From: Chrysomallon squamiferum
Lineage: Eukaryota; Animalia; Mollusca
Length of the DNA: 64,000 nucleotides
Direction: 5' to 3'
NCBI GenBank assembly: GCA_012295275.1
Contig: CM022665.1
Span: forward strand, 6,138,001 to 6,202,000
Position numbers and translations under genes: made by a program. Under the pieces are notes generated by a model, which was not told the DNA's origin, did no database searches, and saw only the letters and a list, made by a program, of their open reading frames with translations. Below, in pieces: positions 60,466 to 64,000 of the stretch (positions are counted from its first letter, which is position 1; each line of letters opens with the position of its first letter).

Positions 60466-63400
60466 TGCACACAGACACAGGTTCAAAACAACTACAAAAA
60501 AGCTTCCTAAACATAAATAGCTATGTGTAGTAATGCCAACAACTGAAACAATTATTTTCATGAAACAATCAATTGCCTTGACATTGTTTGATATTACACA
60601 TTGTTATGCTGGCCCTATTAAACAGAACAGTTAAGTACTTCTGTGCTTAAAATATATCTGTGATAACACAAAATAAAAAAATAAAAGAAAAGAAAAAAGA
60701 AAGCACTCACTCTAATACATTTTATATACATGTAATTACTTTGATTCTTTCATTACAAATTTCAACTTATCTTTGTTAATAATAAAGCATATTAATAATG
60801 TAACAAGCTGACAAGGATATGTGGAAAAAAAAAAACATTTAAAAAAAAAAAAAAAAATTATATGATATCATTTTGTACATAAATTTTTAAAAATTCCTCA
60901 CTCTATGTATCTTCTTGAGTTTTATTTATTATATATTTATTTTACTTTGATAATGTGTCAAGAAACAAAACATTGGATGTAAGGCTACAATCAAGTTGGA
61001 AAACATTTCTATACAATCAGTCATCAGTTGTGCATATGAACAGGAACAGAACATCAAATGTAATTTTCATCTTTCCTATTGTATTTCTTAGCATTCCTCA
61101 TAGATATGCCATTACAATTGCATTAATTAAACATTGTCATTATTTTGTCATAAACCAATGGGAGAAAGGTTTCTGCATCTCTGAGGTTAGGAGTTCAAAA
61201 CAAATTGTTGGTTTGGAACAAAAATTTGTAGCATTTTTTCAGTAGGTGGTGTTTCAGAGCATTATGACATTTCAAACGTGAAATGTATGAAATCTATACA
61301 TATTCTGAAAGGTGAACACAATGGCACATATGTGGTTGAATAAATCTGTGCATAAGAATCTAAATACTATCCTTGAATTTCACTTTAGAACACTGAACTT
61401 TTATTTTAGTCCAGTATTATCTTTTACAAAGTTATATATACTAAAGTACTATTTACAGGTGTCTGCAGTCTTTTTAATTTACAGATTGAAGTGTAATATT
61501 GAAAAAAAAAGCTTATAAGTATGATTAACTGAATTTAAAACATTTAAAAAATCTCAACACAAATGCATCTATTTATGAAACTGAACTATAATAATGTTTT
61601 GAATTCCATAACAAAATTTTAATAAGTGTGCTGTTGTTGACTTATATAATTCTTAAACTTCTAAATTTTCCCCATCCACAACTATACACGATTGTCCATA
61701 TATCAAAAACAATCATACTGTATATTTTTTACAGAATTATACTAGGACTGAATCCACATCAACAGCAAACTCTACCAACTTCATTCAAATGTGGAATCAA
61801 TTACCTTTATTAATTTTAACATTATGTGATCCATTATAAGAATTAAATTACTAATAAACGGTCAAACTCTACCAAACAGCTCCAATAAAGTGAAATATAA
61901 TTAAAAGTATGCTATTACAAAGTAATATTATTAAAAAATGAAATGAGCCAGTAAAGAAATACATTGAAAGTAAAACAATTCTAAATTGAAACAGTATGGT
62001 TCATCTACCTGGTATTTCACATTCTGCAGAGAAAGCACTAAAGAAAAGTGTAAGTTGCTGAATGGCTCATAAAAATGTTGTTAATAATACTGCAAGAATC
62101 AACAGGTTGTTGAAAGGGCAGAGTTTGTGGGAGTATTATTAATGGACTAAGTAAAGACTGCTGGAGAGAGAGAGTAAAAAAAATAATGTTATGTTCAAAA
62201 TGGCTGCAGAAATGTGTGATTTTATGACATTGTAGTAAATCATTCAACATCATCATCATGGCCAAAACATTGTACTGTGGCAACACATTTTTCAAACTGA
62301 TTACATGTGACCTAAATATGTGCTTTCTTCTTATCTAGCAGTTTGTATGGCTATTTTGAAAACAAGAAAACAAAAATGATTAATTATCTACAGATCGTAA
62401 GTCCAGTCTTAATGTAAATTAGCATTTATATTTCAACATCTTTCAAATGACCAACAAATCAATACTCCTCAGTTTATTAACATTAATAGAACAACCAGTT
62501 TACAGTTAAGCATCCAGTCTGAACAATTCCCGTGGGTAGCAATGATTTATATATTTTAGAACGACAGGCATAACAACTGGAATTAATTCTGTGAGCACCA
62601 AAATTAATAAAATGAAAATCTGGCTGATTAACAAAATATCTACTGTGTGTATTCATGTGTGTAATAAATTGCTCTTTGACTGTTTTCTTAGTGTTGTCAA
62701 TGTGGAGTAATATGGTAATAAAAATTAAAAATGCAAAATAAGCAAATAAGACATAACTATATTTTTTATCAATCTGGAATAGGTTATATATATAAGCCTG
62801 TCAGAATTTTTTAAATGCACAACCGTAATATGAAAGTCTATAAACGCTTCTGTTGGAAGCCAATTTAACATTATTTTTATAAGCACAGTTTTAAAACATT
62901 TACAAATGAAAATGTTTATGAAACTACTGTATGTTTCAGCTCAATAACTATCACTTTATGCTAAACAGTTTAGCACAGGTAAAGAAACGACAACAATATC
63001 ATCACTTTAAAAACACATCATGAACATCTGTGTACTGCAGAAAATAAATATGTATGCATAAACTAACATATAAACAGTGTTTTGCCTATTACAGAATAGG
63101 AGGGTGGCCTGCCTTCATTTGCCTAAATTCTCAATAAAACATGCTGATATTTGTTGCAATATTGCCTCAGATCTGTTCTATAACCATTATCATCTGCAGG
63201 CTTCAGTTTGTGAAGCAAGCAATATTTGTTAGCACCAATAAACAAATATAAATAACACTTTTTAGCCATCAAATATTCATGAAAATTTCACTGTGAGACC
63301 TCGTCAGTTCTATCCTTTTGAAGACAGCTTATATGAAAAAAATGTTCCTTTTTCTACCTGTACCTTGCCCCGTTTTCACTGTGGGAGAAACACGAATATA

Positions 63401-64000
63401 CATAAACACACATACAAAGATACACACACAAACATACACATGCACCAGCAAACACAGCTAAACAGATACACACAGACTTATAAATACTCATCTTTCACAC
63501 AAGTCACATATACAAACAAAGATAAAGACAGACATCTAAAATAAACACAAAATAAAAAAAAAATCATCATTCAAACTGAGAAGGCCATAAAATGTACTAT
63601 TATTATTTTTATTTTTTTTATTTTTTTTTCCATATGAACCATAATGTCATTTTAGATCGATCTGAAACTAAAAATAAAGGTTACAACAAAAAATATCGAC
63701 ATGAAAATTAGTTATCAGGAATGTCAACAAATGTGAAAAAAAGTGAAAAAAATCAGTGATGAAAAAGAAGTACATGTACTTATGTTACACTGCTGATACA
63801 AACAATCAGAGGCCTTCTTCAGCTGTGTTTGACTTGAAACGTAAAAGACAGATTTTAAGAAAAATAAACAAAATGGTAATTATAGTGAAAAATATTAAAT
63901 AATAAAAAAAATGCTCTTTACACATACACTGACAGTACAGATAAAAATCTATCAGTGGCCATCAACGGCGATCTCTGATTTGAAACATAAATGTAGGCTT

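Noticed and set aside
62959-62975. Perfect 8-bp inverted repeat TGCTAAAC-A-GTTTAGCA (and similar short hairpins near 9767 and 12318)
   Set aside because: Isolated, and plausible by chance in 64 kb of AT-rich DNA.

Overview
AT-rich, microsatellite-rich eukaryotic genomic DNA from an invertebrate animal. The repeat content recalls gastropod molluscs, but this is tentative. Seven genes can be reconstructed by hand from splice sites and protein motifs: ERG28 (-), vasohibin (+), SOCS4/5-like (-), Angel-family EEP phosphatase (+), TRAX/TSNAX (-), ACP7-like purple acid phosphatase (+) and an inositol-1,4,5-trisphosphate 3-kinase (-, probably continuing beyond the right edge). They are arranged as alternating divergent and convergent pairs. 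I found no prokaryotic-type system (CRISPR, rRNA, intact tRNA, autonomous transposon) and cannot claim a clearly new biological system. The most notable signals are three minor-spliceosome (U12)-like introns, a recent 346-bp duplication of a TRAX exon/intron junction placed upstream of TRAX near an orphan promoter-like motif cluster, a hairpin array and a repeated motif in the IP3K 3' UTR, direct repeats bracketing an ACP7 exon, and sharp CpG-depleted versus CpG-retaining domains. All coordinates were read by eye and may be off by a few bases.
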